A stretch of 64,000 nucleotides of DNA from Eledone cirrhosa (lineage: Eukaryota), in the NCBI GenBank assembly GCA_964016885.1, contig OZ024744.1, positions 95,976,001 through 96,040,000 on the forward strand, in the 5' to 3' direction. The notes beneath the pieces were generated by a model. The model was not told the DNA's origin and ran no database searches. It worked only from the letters and a program-made list of their open reading frames with translations. Positions 1-11,249 of this stretch are shown here, one piece after another. The first letter of the stretch is position 1. Every line of letters begins with the position of its first letter. The position numbers were made by a program, and so were the translations under genes.

Positions 1-1320
1 AACAACAAATGTACCCAGTCTATCTTGTAAGATGGTTGTACTGGTGCCACAACCACAAATGTACCCAATCTACCCTGTAAGGTGGTTGTACTGGTGCCAC
101 AACAACAAATGTACCCAGTCTACCCTGTAAGGTGGTTGTACTGGTGCCACAACAACAAATGTACCCAGTCTATCCTGTAAGGTGATTGTACTGGTGCCAC
201 AACAACAAATGTACACAATCTACCCTGTAAGGTCGTTGTACTGGTGCCACAACAACAAATGTACCCAGTCTACCCTGTAAGGTGGTTGTACTGGTGCCAC
301 AACAACAAATATACCCAGTCTACCCTGTAAGGTGGTTGTACTGGTGCCACAACCACAAATGTACCCAATCTACCCTGTAAGGTGGTTGTACTGGTGCCAC
401 AACAACAAATGTACCCAGTCTACCCTGTAAGGTGGTTGTACTGGTGCCACAACAACAAATGTACCCAGTCTACCCTGTAAGGTGGTTGTACTGGTGCCAC
501 AACAACAAATGTACCCAATCTACCCTGTAAGGTGGTTGTACTGGTGCCACAACAACAAATGTACCCAATCTACCCTGTAAGGTGATTGTACTGGTGCCAC
601 AACAACAAATGTACCCAATCTACCCTGTAAGGTCGTTGTACTGGTGCCACAACAACAAATGTACCCAATCTACCCTGTAAGGTGGTTGTACTGGTGCCAC
701 AACAACAAATGTACCCAGTCTACCCTGTAAGGTGGTTATACTGGTGCCACAACAACAAATGTACCCAATCTACCCTGTAAGGTGGTTGTACTGGTGCCAC
801 AACAACAAATGTACCCAGTCTACCCTGTAAGGTGGTTGTACTGGTGCCACAACAACAAATGTACCCAATGTATCCTGTAAGGTGGTTGTACTGGTCCCAC
901 AACAAGAAATGTACCCAATCTACCCTGTAAGGTGGTTGTACTGGTGCCACAACAACAAATGTACCCAATCTACCCTGTTAAGGTGGTTTTACTGGTGCCA
1001 CAACAACAAATGTACCCAGTCTACCCTGTAAGGTGGTTGTACTGGTGCCACAACAACAAATGTACCCAGTCTACCCTGTAAGGTGGTTGTCCTGGTGCCA
1101 CAACAACAAATGTACCCAATCTACCCTGTAAGGTGATTGTACTGGTGCCACAACAACAAATGTACCCAATCTACCCTGTAAGGTCGTTGTACTGGTGCCA
1201 CAACAACAAATGTACCCAATCTACCCTGTAAGGTGGTTGTACTGGTGCCACAACAACAAATGAACCCAGTCTACCCTGTAAGGTGGTTGTACTGGTGCCA
1301 CAACCACAAATGTACCCAAT
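1..1320. repeat. 50-bp minisatellite, about 26 copies, cut by the window start
   Basis: Unit AACAACAAATGTACCCA(G/A)TCTACCCTGTAAGGTGGTTGTACTGGTGCCAC repeated head-to-tail with no spacers. Confidence 0.97.
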
Positions 1321-1345
1321 ATATCCTGTTTTTTATAGCGCCAGG

Positions 1346-1831
1346 CAGTCCGAATTGGGGTGCGTATGCCGATATTACTGTCACAGTTGTTCTATTTAGA
1401 ACAAGTCTTATTTTAATTATTCTGCCATTCACTCTATTTACGTCTATTATCTAATCCACCCATTTTTCTGCTAACATGATTCCTTCCCCACCCAGCCCAT
1501 TGTCATTTCCCACCCAGAAAAGCTTATAGCATCGTTTTTTACCCACAATGAATCTAGCAGACCCGCCCCTCCACCTGGTATCTTGGATACAGCAAACATC
1601 AACCTCCTTACGTTCAAGCACTTCTACAACCTCATTAGTGCGGCCTTTTAAGGTGCTTACATTCATGGTACCAACTCTGAAGTTTTGGATTGCGTTTGGT
1701 GGGTGGGGCGCAGGGAGAGGTGAGGGGGATGGGGTTGGGGTTATGTTGGCCATCCGCAGCTGAAACAAAGAGGAGGAGTCCTTGCCCTTTCGTCCGGCAG
1801 CATGAGGTGAATTTGTCGTTATCTTTGGCAT
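1346..1831 (-). mobile_element. RTE LINE 5' fragment (N-terminus of AP endonuclease), degenerate
   Basis: Translates to FRVGTMNVSTLKGR...DVCCIQDTRW...GIMLAEKWVD*IIDVNRVNGRII...VISAYAPQ, homologous to the endonuclease at about 17730-18060. One in-frame stop. Confidence 0.85.
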
Positions 1832-2310
1832 TGTCTTCGAGTGTCCAGATTCTTCAGACTCTCCAGAAATTCCTTAGTCCATCCATCATATCGAAAAGCA
1901 ACCAGGAGAAGTGATAGCATAGGCCGTTGACTTATGATTGGTCCAAATAATAATGGTGGAGAGTGGGGGCGGGCGGGAGGGGTATGGAGTAGTTAGCGAG
2001 GAGAAGATTATTTAGAACAAGTGAGGAGAAGATTATTTAGAACAGTCAGACAGAATTATAGAATAGCAATTAAGAAGTAGGATTTGGATTCTGGGCGATT
2101 ATAGATATATGGATGAATGAATCGAAGGGTGGGGAGACAAGAAGAAAATGTTATTTTTACATTACATTTCGTAGAAGTGGACTGACCATTAATAAGAGTT
2201 GACAAATTCTGAGATTCGTACCTCGTAACAGGTTTATTTATATTTGGTGCAAGTAGGGAGTGAGCGAGAGAGAGAGAGAGACCAACAGGCACGTATATGA
2301 TTAAAACAAA

Positions 2311-2497
2311 AAATAATTGTTTCTACTTTAGGCACAAGGCCAGCAATTACCCAGTGCATTACTGGTACTTTATTTTATCGACCCCATAAGGATGAAAGGT
2401 AAAGTCAACCTCGGCGGGATTTGAACTCAGATCGTAAAGGGACGTAACTATGCTGGAAAGCATGGCGTCCGACTCTCTACTGATACTGCCAATCCAC
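2311..2497 (-). mobile_element. tRNA-derived SINE family A (about 185 bp)
   Basis: On the - strand: A box TGGCAGTATC(A/G)GT, B box GAGTTCAAATCCC, body GCCTTTCATCCTTACGGGGTCGATAAAATAAAGTACC, (ATT)n tail. More than 15 copies in the window. Confidence 0.85.
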
Positions 2498-2947
2498 AAA
2501 AAATAATGAAAGTTAAAACAATATGTACACCAGTAACCAAAGTCTCTTATTTTTATCATTCCAATATTCAGTTTGAATTTTGGGCATGACCGCAGAAAAG
2601 ATCATTCTGTCATTTGATTTGGTTAAAAAAAAAAATGTATACTTCATAGTGAGAAATAAGGAAAAAAAAAAAAGAAAGGAAGACATCAAAGCAACACGTG
2701 ACAGTATTTTTTTAATATATGTATGTTTTTGATACAAATTCTATTATTCTAACAATTATTCAGTCTATGGGAGTCCGAGTAGCAATTATGATCTTCTAAT
2801 GACTATTGACTTCTTGTTTGATAATTGTTATATCTTTGTGGCTTTGAAAGATGTTCTAGATATTCACTATATATCCCTGAAAGTTGAAGAAGTTGCTTTA
2901 CTAATTAGTTGTTTATCTTAACTCTCCACAACCTATAATGATTTCAG

Positions 2948-3396
2948 GAAAGAGGTTATATGGTGGACAAGATTGAGAGGACTGAGGACAGATGCCTTTC
3001 TCTCCAGACAACAACTCATTCCCTTCTTTAGGTACCACTTTAGAAGGAGAATCAGAGTGGAGAGAGAGAGGCACTGCACCCCAGTAAATTTACTGAAAGG
3101 TGGGTGAATGTGGCAAAAATGGCCCGAGTGATTGGGCCTTCTCTGCATATAAACCTGTAGATTGAAGAAGAGAGCAAAAGGAAGAAAGGAGCACTTGCAC
3201 AATACGCTCCTGAAGTTGAGGGTTGTTCTATCTATGGGGTATTAAACAACCCATTTGTGGCGCCTCCCCCCTATTGGGGATTTCGATTGTTATATTTGTT
3301 TGTTTCATATTTTTACACGGTTGCATGTAAAATCCCTGGTATGTATCTTTGTTTTGTCCCCTTTTCTTGTGCGCCCTTGTGGCTAATAAAGAAATA
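2948..3396 (+). mobile_element. 3' fragment of a Tx1/L1-like LINE
   Basis: KEVIWWTRLRGLRTDAFL...RIRVERE...SKFTERWVNVAKMARVIG matches the C-terminus at 53320-53520. Ends in GCCCTTGTGGCTAATAAAGAAAT, like 53810-53833. Confidence 0.8.
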
Positions 3397-3529
3397 TATC
3401 TTAACTCTCCTCAACTTACAAAGATTTCAGAGAAAATGTTTAAAAACATGTTTATTAATTCAAATGTTTATAGTATCTTTACTGGCTGACATATCGTTGT
3501 GAAAAGTTGCAGTATTAAAGTAAAGACTT

Positions 3530-4034
3530 TAACCCTTTACCATTTACATTACTCTATATACTATTGTATTTTCATAGTAAAGTCTTTATCTTACATAATA
3601 TCTCACATAATATTGAATCTACAAGATTTTGATATTATTTATTTTGAGAACAATACCATAACATCAGTATGAGTGGCCAGTTATGGCTGGTTTGAAGAAA
3701 AAGTTTTTATCTCATGGTAAAGTCTTTATCTTACATAATATCTCATATAATATCGAACCTACAAGATTTTGATATTATTTATTTTGAGAACAATACCTTA
3801 ACATCAGTATGAGTGGCCAGTTACAGCTGGTTTGAACAAACAGTTTTTATCTCATGGTAAAGTCTTTATCTTACATAATATCTCATATAATATCGAATCT
3901 ACAAGATTTTGATATTATTTATTTTGAGAACAATACCATAACATCAGTATGAGCAGCCAGTTACAGCTGGTTTGAAAAAAAAAGAGGTGAGAGAATTCTG
4001 GCCGGTTATGGCTGGTTTAAATGTTAAAAGGTTG
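3530..4034. mobile_element. piggyBac-like MITE with an internally triplicated unit of about 140 bp
   Basis: Termini TTAACCCTTTACCATTT...AAATGTTAAAAGGTT; internal block GTAAAGTCTTTATCTTACATAATA...GCTGGTTTGAA occurs three times. Confidence 0.7.
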
Positions 4035-4618
4035 ATGTTTAATTTAATGTAGTCATAGGTTTGTTTTGTACTTTCAAATATGGTTTTATGTAGTTTGTTA
4101 ATTCAAATGTTTATAGTATATTTACTACTGGACAGATTGTTGTGAAAATATGCAGTTTTAGAGTAAATACTTCAATATTTAATGTGATACAGTTATTTTC
4201 AAGAAAGGCCTAGTGTTTAGATATTTTCTGCTAAATCAGGTCTGTGGCTCTGCTTGAGTACTGACATGGTTTATGAAAATCTGTCCAACCCTTGCTAGCA
4301 GGGAAAATGGACATTAAATGATGATGATGATGTCTGAGACTAGAAGAGAAATTACATTTATTTCTTTGATATCTGCACTAATTGTGTCTTTATACTATTA
4401 AACGTGGCATGATTGTCACATCCTCATTGCAGAATGTTGTGGTGGTCTCTTTCAAGGGAGGTAATGCAGATTATTTGATGTAAAGTGTGTTAGGTCGTAT
4501 TGGAAAGATATTTGAGTGCAGAATTCCCTCAGTTAGGTCTTGGATTTAGTTAAATTCTTTATCTTCCACCAACCAAACAACAGAACACCAGATTTCCCCA
4601 CCTTGATTTTTGGATGGT

Positions 4619-5052
4619 TTAACCCTTCAACATTTAAACCGGCTGTATCCGGCCAGCATTCTCTCACCTCTTTCTGTTCAAACTGGTCATAGCCAGCCAC
4701 TCATATTGATGTTAAGGTATTGTTTTCAAAATAAATATCAAAATCTCATAGATTCAAAATTATGTGATATAATTATGTGAGATAAAGCTTTTACCATGAA
4801 ATTACAATAGTAAATATAGAATAATTGTTTCTACTTTTGGCACAAGGCCAGCAATTACCCAGTGTATTACTGGTACTTAATTTTATCGACCCTCCGTAAG
4901 GATGAAAGGCAAAGTGAACCTTGGCGGGATTTGAACTCAGAATGGCAAAGGCCATAACTCTATGCGTTAAAGCCTGGCGTCCGACCCTCTACCGATACTG
5001 CCAATCCACTGTACAATAGTAAATATAGAATAATGTAAATGTTAAAGGGTTA
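4619..5052. mobile_element. piggyBac-like MITE with a nested SINE A (about 4819-5009)
   Basis: Termini TTAACCCTTCAACATTT...AAATGTTAAAGGGTTA. TACAATAGTAAATATAGAATAAT is duplicated on both sides of the SINE. Confidence 0.75.
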
Positions 5053-5736
5053 TAGCAACATAACAGTTTCCTATCTATAACAAGTACAAACCCCAGGCTT
5101 ATTGATAGAATTAGGAAGGATTGACACAGTTTAAATATCAAGGATTAAGTTGAATGCATAGATGAAAATAGTCATTTTCATGGATGGTTTACTATTCAGC
5201 AGAATCACCAAAGCCACAAAAACTGCCCAATTTCTGACATATAATTAGTGGAATTTTTAAAGTGTCAGACAGGAAACTTTGTGGTATTTGAGTGAGACAT
5301 GGTCACCCAATCAGTCTTGTCTCAAGTGGGACAATTCCTGTCTAACCCATGCTAGCGTGGAAGATAGACGTTAAACAATGATGATGATGTGGATGGGGTC
5401 AGAGTGTTTAGCATACTAAAGATTATGTTTAGAATTACCAAAATTACCCCAGGTAAACTTTTTATATGGGAACATATGCGCCCATATATGTATGTGAAAA
5501 GTAAACGAAAAGAAAAACACAACAGACGAAGTTCAATGAAGATATTAGTTTCATGCTTGATATAGTAGGAAAAGACTTAATATTTCGGATGTTAGTTCTT
5601 CATCAGAAATTAGAATGAAAAATTAAAGAAGAAATAGAAAGATAGTGCAGAGAGAACAGGGGCAGAAACGAAAAGAAATATTCAAGAAAAAGCAAGGCTG
5701 TTCATTTTGCCACCTCTTGAAAAACTCATATATATA

Positions 5737-6240
5737 TCATCATCATCATCTTCGTTTAACGTCCATCCTCCACGCTAGCATGGGTTAGACAGGAGTTGTC
5801 CCACTTGAGGCAAGGATGGTCGGGTGACCGTGTCTCGCTCATATAGGACTATCTGGCAGGTTTTCTACGGCTGGATGCCCTTTACAGTGTGGAACTGGGA
5901 ACTTTTTACCGTGTTACCTACACGGCCACATTACAGCGTGGACTGTGTGTTTTTTTGTTGTGACACCTACACGATCTCATTATCTCATTTATTTGGACTG
6001 GATGTTGTGGTACCAACTTTACAGAGAGAGTAGTGTTGGTGGGAGTGGAAGGATAGGGTAAGGGTAGTGGATTGGGGTGTATATTTGGTTAAGAGGTGCC
6101 TGCTCACTGTAGGTTTCGCTTTGTACATAGGAAAGGCGGGTCTTCTGTATTACTGTGTAGTGCCAAAGATATCGGTCCAGTGACATTGTCTTAGAGAGGT
6201 GCAAGTATGTAAGGTCGGAAATTATCAGATCGACCCAGGT
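5737..6240 (-). mobile_element. RTE 3' end with extended 3' UTR and (GAT)n tail
   Basis: LHLSKTMSLDRYLWHYTVIQKTRL followed by a SINE-like body and RTE tail. Near-identical to 34525-35060. Confidence 0.75.
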
Positions 6241-6475
6241 TTTTATATATATATATATTTAAATGTATGTATATATGTATGTATATATGTATGTATGTAT
6301 ATATATATATATGTATGTATATATGTACATATATTTATATATGTATATATATATATGTATCTATATATATATATGTATTCAGAAATTTGTATTCAGAAAT
6401 TTTTGCCATTAAATATATACATGTATTCATAAATCTTTGTTGTTCTCTCCAGCATTTTAAATATATATATATTTA

Positions 6476-6902
6476 TCATCATCATCATCACTCTTTTACG
6501 TCCGTTCTTCCAAGCTAGCATGGGTTAGACGAGTTGTCCTGTTGTGGGCAGTGTCCGGTCGGCTGACCTTGTCTTGCTCATACGGGAACTGATTCTGGCT
6601 TGATTTCTACAGCTGGATGCCCTTCCTAACACCAACCTCATTTACAGTGAGTGCTGTGTGCTTTTTTTTCTGTGGCACCTACAGGTCCACTTTACAGTGT
6701 GGGCTGGGTGCCTTTTTGCCGTGGCACCTCCACAACCACTTTGCAGTGGAATGATAGGTACCCCAGTCCTATCATCTCATTTCGACAGCTGAGTAAACTG
6801 GAGCAATGTGAAATAAAGTGTCTTGCTCAAGGAAACAACACATCACCCAGTTCTAGAATTGAACTCACAACCTTTTGATTGCAAGCCCAATGCTATAATC
6901 AC
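6476..6902 (-). mobile_element. SINE family B (tRNA head, CORE-like domain, RTE-derived segments)
   Basis: Reverse-complement match to 54401-54723; CCTTGAGCAAGACACTTTATTTCACATTGCTCCAG; RTE-type tail ending in (GAT)n. Confidence 0.8.
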
Positions 6903-6904
6903 TA

Positions 6905-7812
6905 TCTATATATATATAACACTGAGGATGTCTGTCTGTGTGTGTGTGAGTTGGAATCCCTAAAACTCCCAACCGACCGTTTTCAAACTTTACACATGTT
7001 TCAGGGAGTGTTCTGAGCAAAAAAATTTCAAATTTTCAATGCCCTAGGGTCCGTATTAGGCGATTTAGCAATCTCTCTCTATAATTCTTAGTCTTTCTCT
7101 TTTTAGATAGATACATACATATAACGTCGCGCCCTTATAATATCTGTCTGTATGTCTGTCTGGCTGTCTGCATTACGTCACTTCCCTGAAGATGTCTGTC
7201 TGTGTGTGTGTGTGTGTGTCTGTGAGTTTGAATCCCTAAATCTCGAGAAATACCCAACCGACCTTTTTCAAAATTTACATGTGTATTACTTATGTTTCAG
7301 GGAGTGTTATGCACATAAACAAATTCAACGTTCTGATCCCCCTAGGGCTCGCATTAGGTGAAAACTGCGTTTTTTCAGGTTTTTAGAGATTTTTTGAGTT
7401 GTTACGTCAGACCGATTTCCTTGAAATTGTAACTATGTATTAGTCAGTCTCTTCTTCATACTGTGAGCAAAGAAAATCCAACTTTTTTTATGACATAGTG
7501 TGAAAAACTTCATTTTTTCAGCTTTTTAGGGCTTTTTTGAGGCGTTACGTCTAACCGATTTTCCCGAAATTTCAAGGCATATTATGGACATACAAAAAAT
7601 TCATTTTCTTGATCCCCTAGGGCCCGCATTAGGTGAAAACCTGCATTTTTCCTGCTTCATCGAGGAAAATCTTAAAGATTATCCAGCCATCAGAGTATTC
7701 GGTTTATTTCCTTTACATTTTGTCCACGCATGTAGTTTTTCCACGATTAGGTCTGTTGGCGGCCCGCGTTCCAAAATAATTTATCCTGTGCAACGCCGGG
7801 TACCACTGCTAG
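6905..7812 (+). mobile_element. non-autonomous Helitron-like element
   Basis: 5' TC start (A|TCTATATATA), subterminal 3' hairpin CCTGTGCAACGCCGGG, CTAG|T end, no TSD. Homologous to 58896-59874. Confidence 0.75.
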
Positions 7813-7964
7813 TATATATATATAATTGGATATATGAGAGGGATGAACACAGATATAAGAATACATGTGTTCCAATTGCAAATGACCAAGTTAACTAGGT
7901 TGAAAAAATACTAATTTAAAACAATATGGTTTGCCTGACTCGATTTAAAGTAACAAATCAATAA

Positions 7965-8265
7965 AAATAACAAACCTATATCGGGCAACTGCCTTTGATA
8001 CCCGGACAGACGTAAATCTGTTTCGCAAGAATTATTAAGTGAAACCCAGAATTCCTGTGCTCTTCTGCGGGTAACCAGGAAAGTCGTACCTTTCACGTCA
8101 AAGGATCTAAGAAGACTGAACGATATGCTGATATAAAAGCACATGTCGCTGCGCCTAGCGCATCTCATTCTCATGCCACTAAAAATAGCACTTAATAATT
8201 CTTGCGAAACAGATTTAAGTCTGTCCGGGTATCAAAGGCAGTTGCCCGATATAGGTTTGTTATTT
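7965..8265. repeat. 77-bp inverted repeat (1 mismatch) with 147-bp spacer, MITE/fold-back-like
   Basis: 7965-8041 is the reverse complement of 8189-8265. Confidence 0.9.
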
Positions 8266-8267
8266 AA

Positions 8268-8314
<47 letters not shown>

Positions 8315-8318
<4 letters not shown>

Positions 8319-9484
8319 TCATCATCATCATCAACGTTTAACGTCCGTGTTCCACGCTTGCATGGGTTTGGACGGGGGTAGTCCCACTTGAGGCAAGAGT
8401 GATTGTCTTGCTCGCATAGGACTGTCTGGCAGGTTTTCTACTGTTGGATGCCCTTCCTAACACCAACCACATTTACAGTGTGGGACTGGGAGGTTTTTAC
8501 CGTGTTGCCTACACGGCCACATTACAGCGTGGACTGTGTGTTTTTTTGTCGTGACACCTACACGATCTCATTTGTTTCGGCCTGGATGGCGCGGCACCAA
8601 CATAACTTTACATAGAACGGGGTGGTGTGGATGGGGTGGGGGTGGTGGCGGTGGGACGGGGTGTATTTTGTTAGAGATGCCTACTAGCTGGAGTAGGTTT
8701 TACTATATATTTAGGTAAGGCGGGTCTTCTCTGTTACTGAGTACCGCCAAAGGTCTCGGTCCAGTGACATTGTCTTGGAGAGGTGTAAGTGTGTGATGTC
8801 GGAGTTTATCAGCTCGTCCCAGGTTTTTCTAGGTCTGCCTATTCCGTGACTACCGTCTATCTTTATTGCCCTGCACTTTGTTATACAGCTATCGACTTTC
8901 ATGCGCATCACGTGTCCATACCAACGTAGCCTTCTCTCGAGTAAACAACATCTGATCCCTCTTATCTCTAATTTTTTCCTTAGTTCGTTTATGCTTTGCC
9001 GTTCACGTATATTACTGTTACACATCCAGTGGAGCATGCAAGCTTCGTTCCTCTCTAGTCTGCGTATATCCTCTGCACACAATGCCCAGGTCTCACTGCC
9101 ATGCAGCATTGCTGTTCGTATGCAGGCATCGTACAACCTGCCTTTCATTTTTAGGGAGAACCCTTTAGCAGCTAATAGTGGTATAAGCTCTCTGAACTTT
9201 TTCCAACCAGTTCTGACTCTAGCTACTGTACTTTCAGAGCACCCTCCCCCACTGCTGATTTTATCGCCCAGGTAACGGAAGCTGTCCACTATTTCTATAG
9301 AACCCTCTGCGCAATGGAAAGAGCTAGTATTTTGTGGGCACTTGCTGCTACTTATTGCACCAGAACACCGGCCACATGTAAAATCTATGTTCTTAGTTAG
9401 CTTACCTGTGATCCCACTACATCTTTTATGCACCCATACTTTGCATTTAGGACATAAAATGGAGTTTCTACCTACGCCTTTCCT
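8315..9484 (-). mobile_element. 5'-truncated RTE LINE (PHD-like finger, RT C-terminus, extended 3' UTR)
   Basis: ORF 8711-9484: CPKC..HKRC..CGRC, FRYLG, AMLHGSETW, RRLRWYGHVMRM, GRPRKTW; (GAT)n tail inside a (TA)n run. Confidence 0.92.
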
Positions 9485-9678
9485 AATATATATATATATC
9501 ATCACTGTTTAGCAGCCATTTTTCTATGCTTGCATGGGTTAGATGGGTCGTCCACATTGGGAGATAAGTCTGGCCAGAATTGGCCACGCCGTATCTTGCT
9601 TCGACTGCACTGTTGTAAATTTGGCCAGGGATTTTACAGCTGGATGCCCTTCCTAACACCAATCACATTTACAGAGTG

Positions 9679-10425
9679 GAACTGGTTGGCACCCTTATGA
9701 GGAGGGACAGGCCAGTTGGCTGCACTGAACCCATCTCACAATGGGGCCAATGGTTTTGGAGCCCAGAACTGGATGGCACCGCTATGAAGAGGGAGAAGCC
9801 AGTTGGCCACGCAAAACCCATCTCACAGCAGAACCATAGTTTTGGAGCTCGGTACTGGATGGCGCTGCTACTAGCCACACTGAACCTCTCTCATAGCAGA
9901 ACCAGTGTCCAGGAGCCTAGAACAAGATGGCACTACTAAAGAGGAGAGATAGGCCAGTTGGCCGCACCAAACCGTACTCACTGCAGATCCATAATTTGGG
10001 AACCGCAACCGCATTTGCTGTGTGAAACTGGATGTCACTGTTATGAGAAGTGTCGGGCCAGTTGGCAGTGCCAAACTTATCTCAAAGTGGAACCACAGTC
10101 AGGGATTCCAGAACTCTGGAACTACGTTTTCCATCAGGTACTGGATAGCACTGCTATTGGGGAGGGACAGGCCAACTATCTGCACCAAACCTTTCTCACA
10201 GCAGAATCACAGTCCTGGGCACCTGGAACTGGATGGCACAGCTATGAGGAGGTGTGAGTCAGTTGGCCATGCTGAACCCTTCTTGCCACGATACCACGGT
10301 TTGGAACTGGATGGCACCGCCATGAGGAGGGACAGGCCAGTTGGCTGCTCTGACCCCTTCACACAGTGAAATCACAGTTTGGGTGCCGCATAACACCACT
10401 ATGAAGAGCGACAGGCCAGTTGGTC
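9679..10425. repeat. degenerate tandem repeat of about 87 bp, roughly 8 copies
   Basis: Recurring GGAACTGGATGGCACCGCTATGAGGAGGGACAGGCCAGTTGGC...GAACCC..CTCACA. Confidence 0.8.
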
Positions 10426-10842
10426 ACGCTGAAATATATATATATATATGTAAAATAGTCGTTTTGGAAGCCTCAACAATGCAGATGGGTAAATCTCCAG
10501 GTAACAAAATCAGGTGGTAGTGAGATGAGAGAAAGAAGTAGGAAGAAGCATAGAAAGAGATGTAGAGAGTGTAAAAGAATGTAAGAAAGATGTAAAAAGA
10601 TAACAAGAGACAGGTTACCTTGGAAGTGATTTATTAGTCCCTATATTTCGGATTTCACATCCATCAGCAGGGGGGTTTTCTGAGGGAAAAGAGTTGCGTT
10701 GGAGAAAGGACAACGCATGGCTTTTGTTGTTTACTGTGTGCAAACAAATATATGTGTGTATCAGGGGCGAAGGGTCCGTGCATGCAACGCATGCAGTGCA
10801 TGCGTTATAGAATCTTGAGTTGATCAATTGCATCGGTTGAAG

Positions 10843-11090
10843 CAAGCAGAATTTTGGCTGCTTACTAAAACCTATAGACACATAAAAAGATAACACACAC
10901 ACATACACATACATACACACGACAGCTTTGGGGCAAGCAGAATTTTGGCTGCTTCCTAAACAGTAGATGCATAAGAAGATAACACACACACACACACATA
11001 CACACAAACACACGACAGCTTTGGGGCAAGCAGAATTTTGACTGCTTACTAAATCATAGACACATAAAAAGATAACACACACACACACTA
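10843..11090. repeat. three tandem copies of a unit of about 90 bp containing (CA)n
   Basis: CAAGCAGAATTTTG(G/A)CTGCTT...AAAAGATAACACACAC three times. Confidence 0.85.
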
Positions 11091-11249
11091 GATAACACTA
11101 CATGCGGCTTTGACTGGGAGGGTCATTTAGAGGGAATTGGAGGGGGGGAAGGCTGCACAGCCCCACTATCCGTCATGGCGATTGGACTGCATGCCCTGCT
11201 TTCCAGGTTACCTTTCGCCACTGGTGTGTATATATATATATATATATCA

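Noticed and set aside
1-1320. CRISPR-like array
   Set aside because: Contiguous monomers with no unique spacers, no cas genes, and a eukaryotic context. The same applies to the 84-bp array.
5561-5615. Hammerhead-like CTGATGA...CGAAA on the - strand
   Set aside because: No convincing stem I, II or III pairing; at most a decayed remnant.
11137-11249. N-terminal extension of the 492-aa RT ORF
   Set aside because: Read-through of flanking DNA and (TA)n; RTE homology starts at about 11250 (LDEMQFGF).
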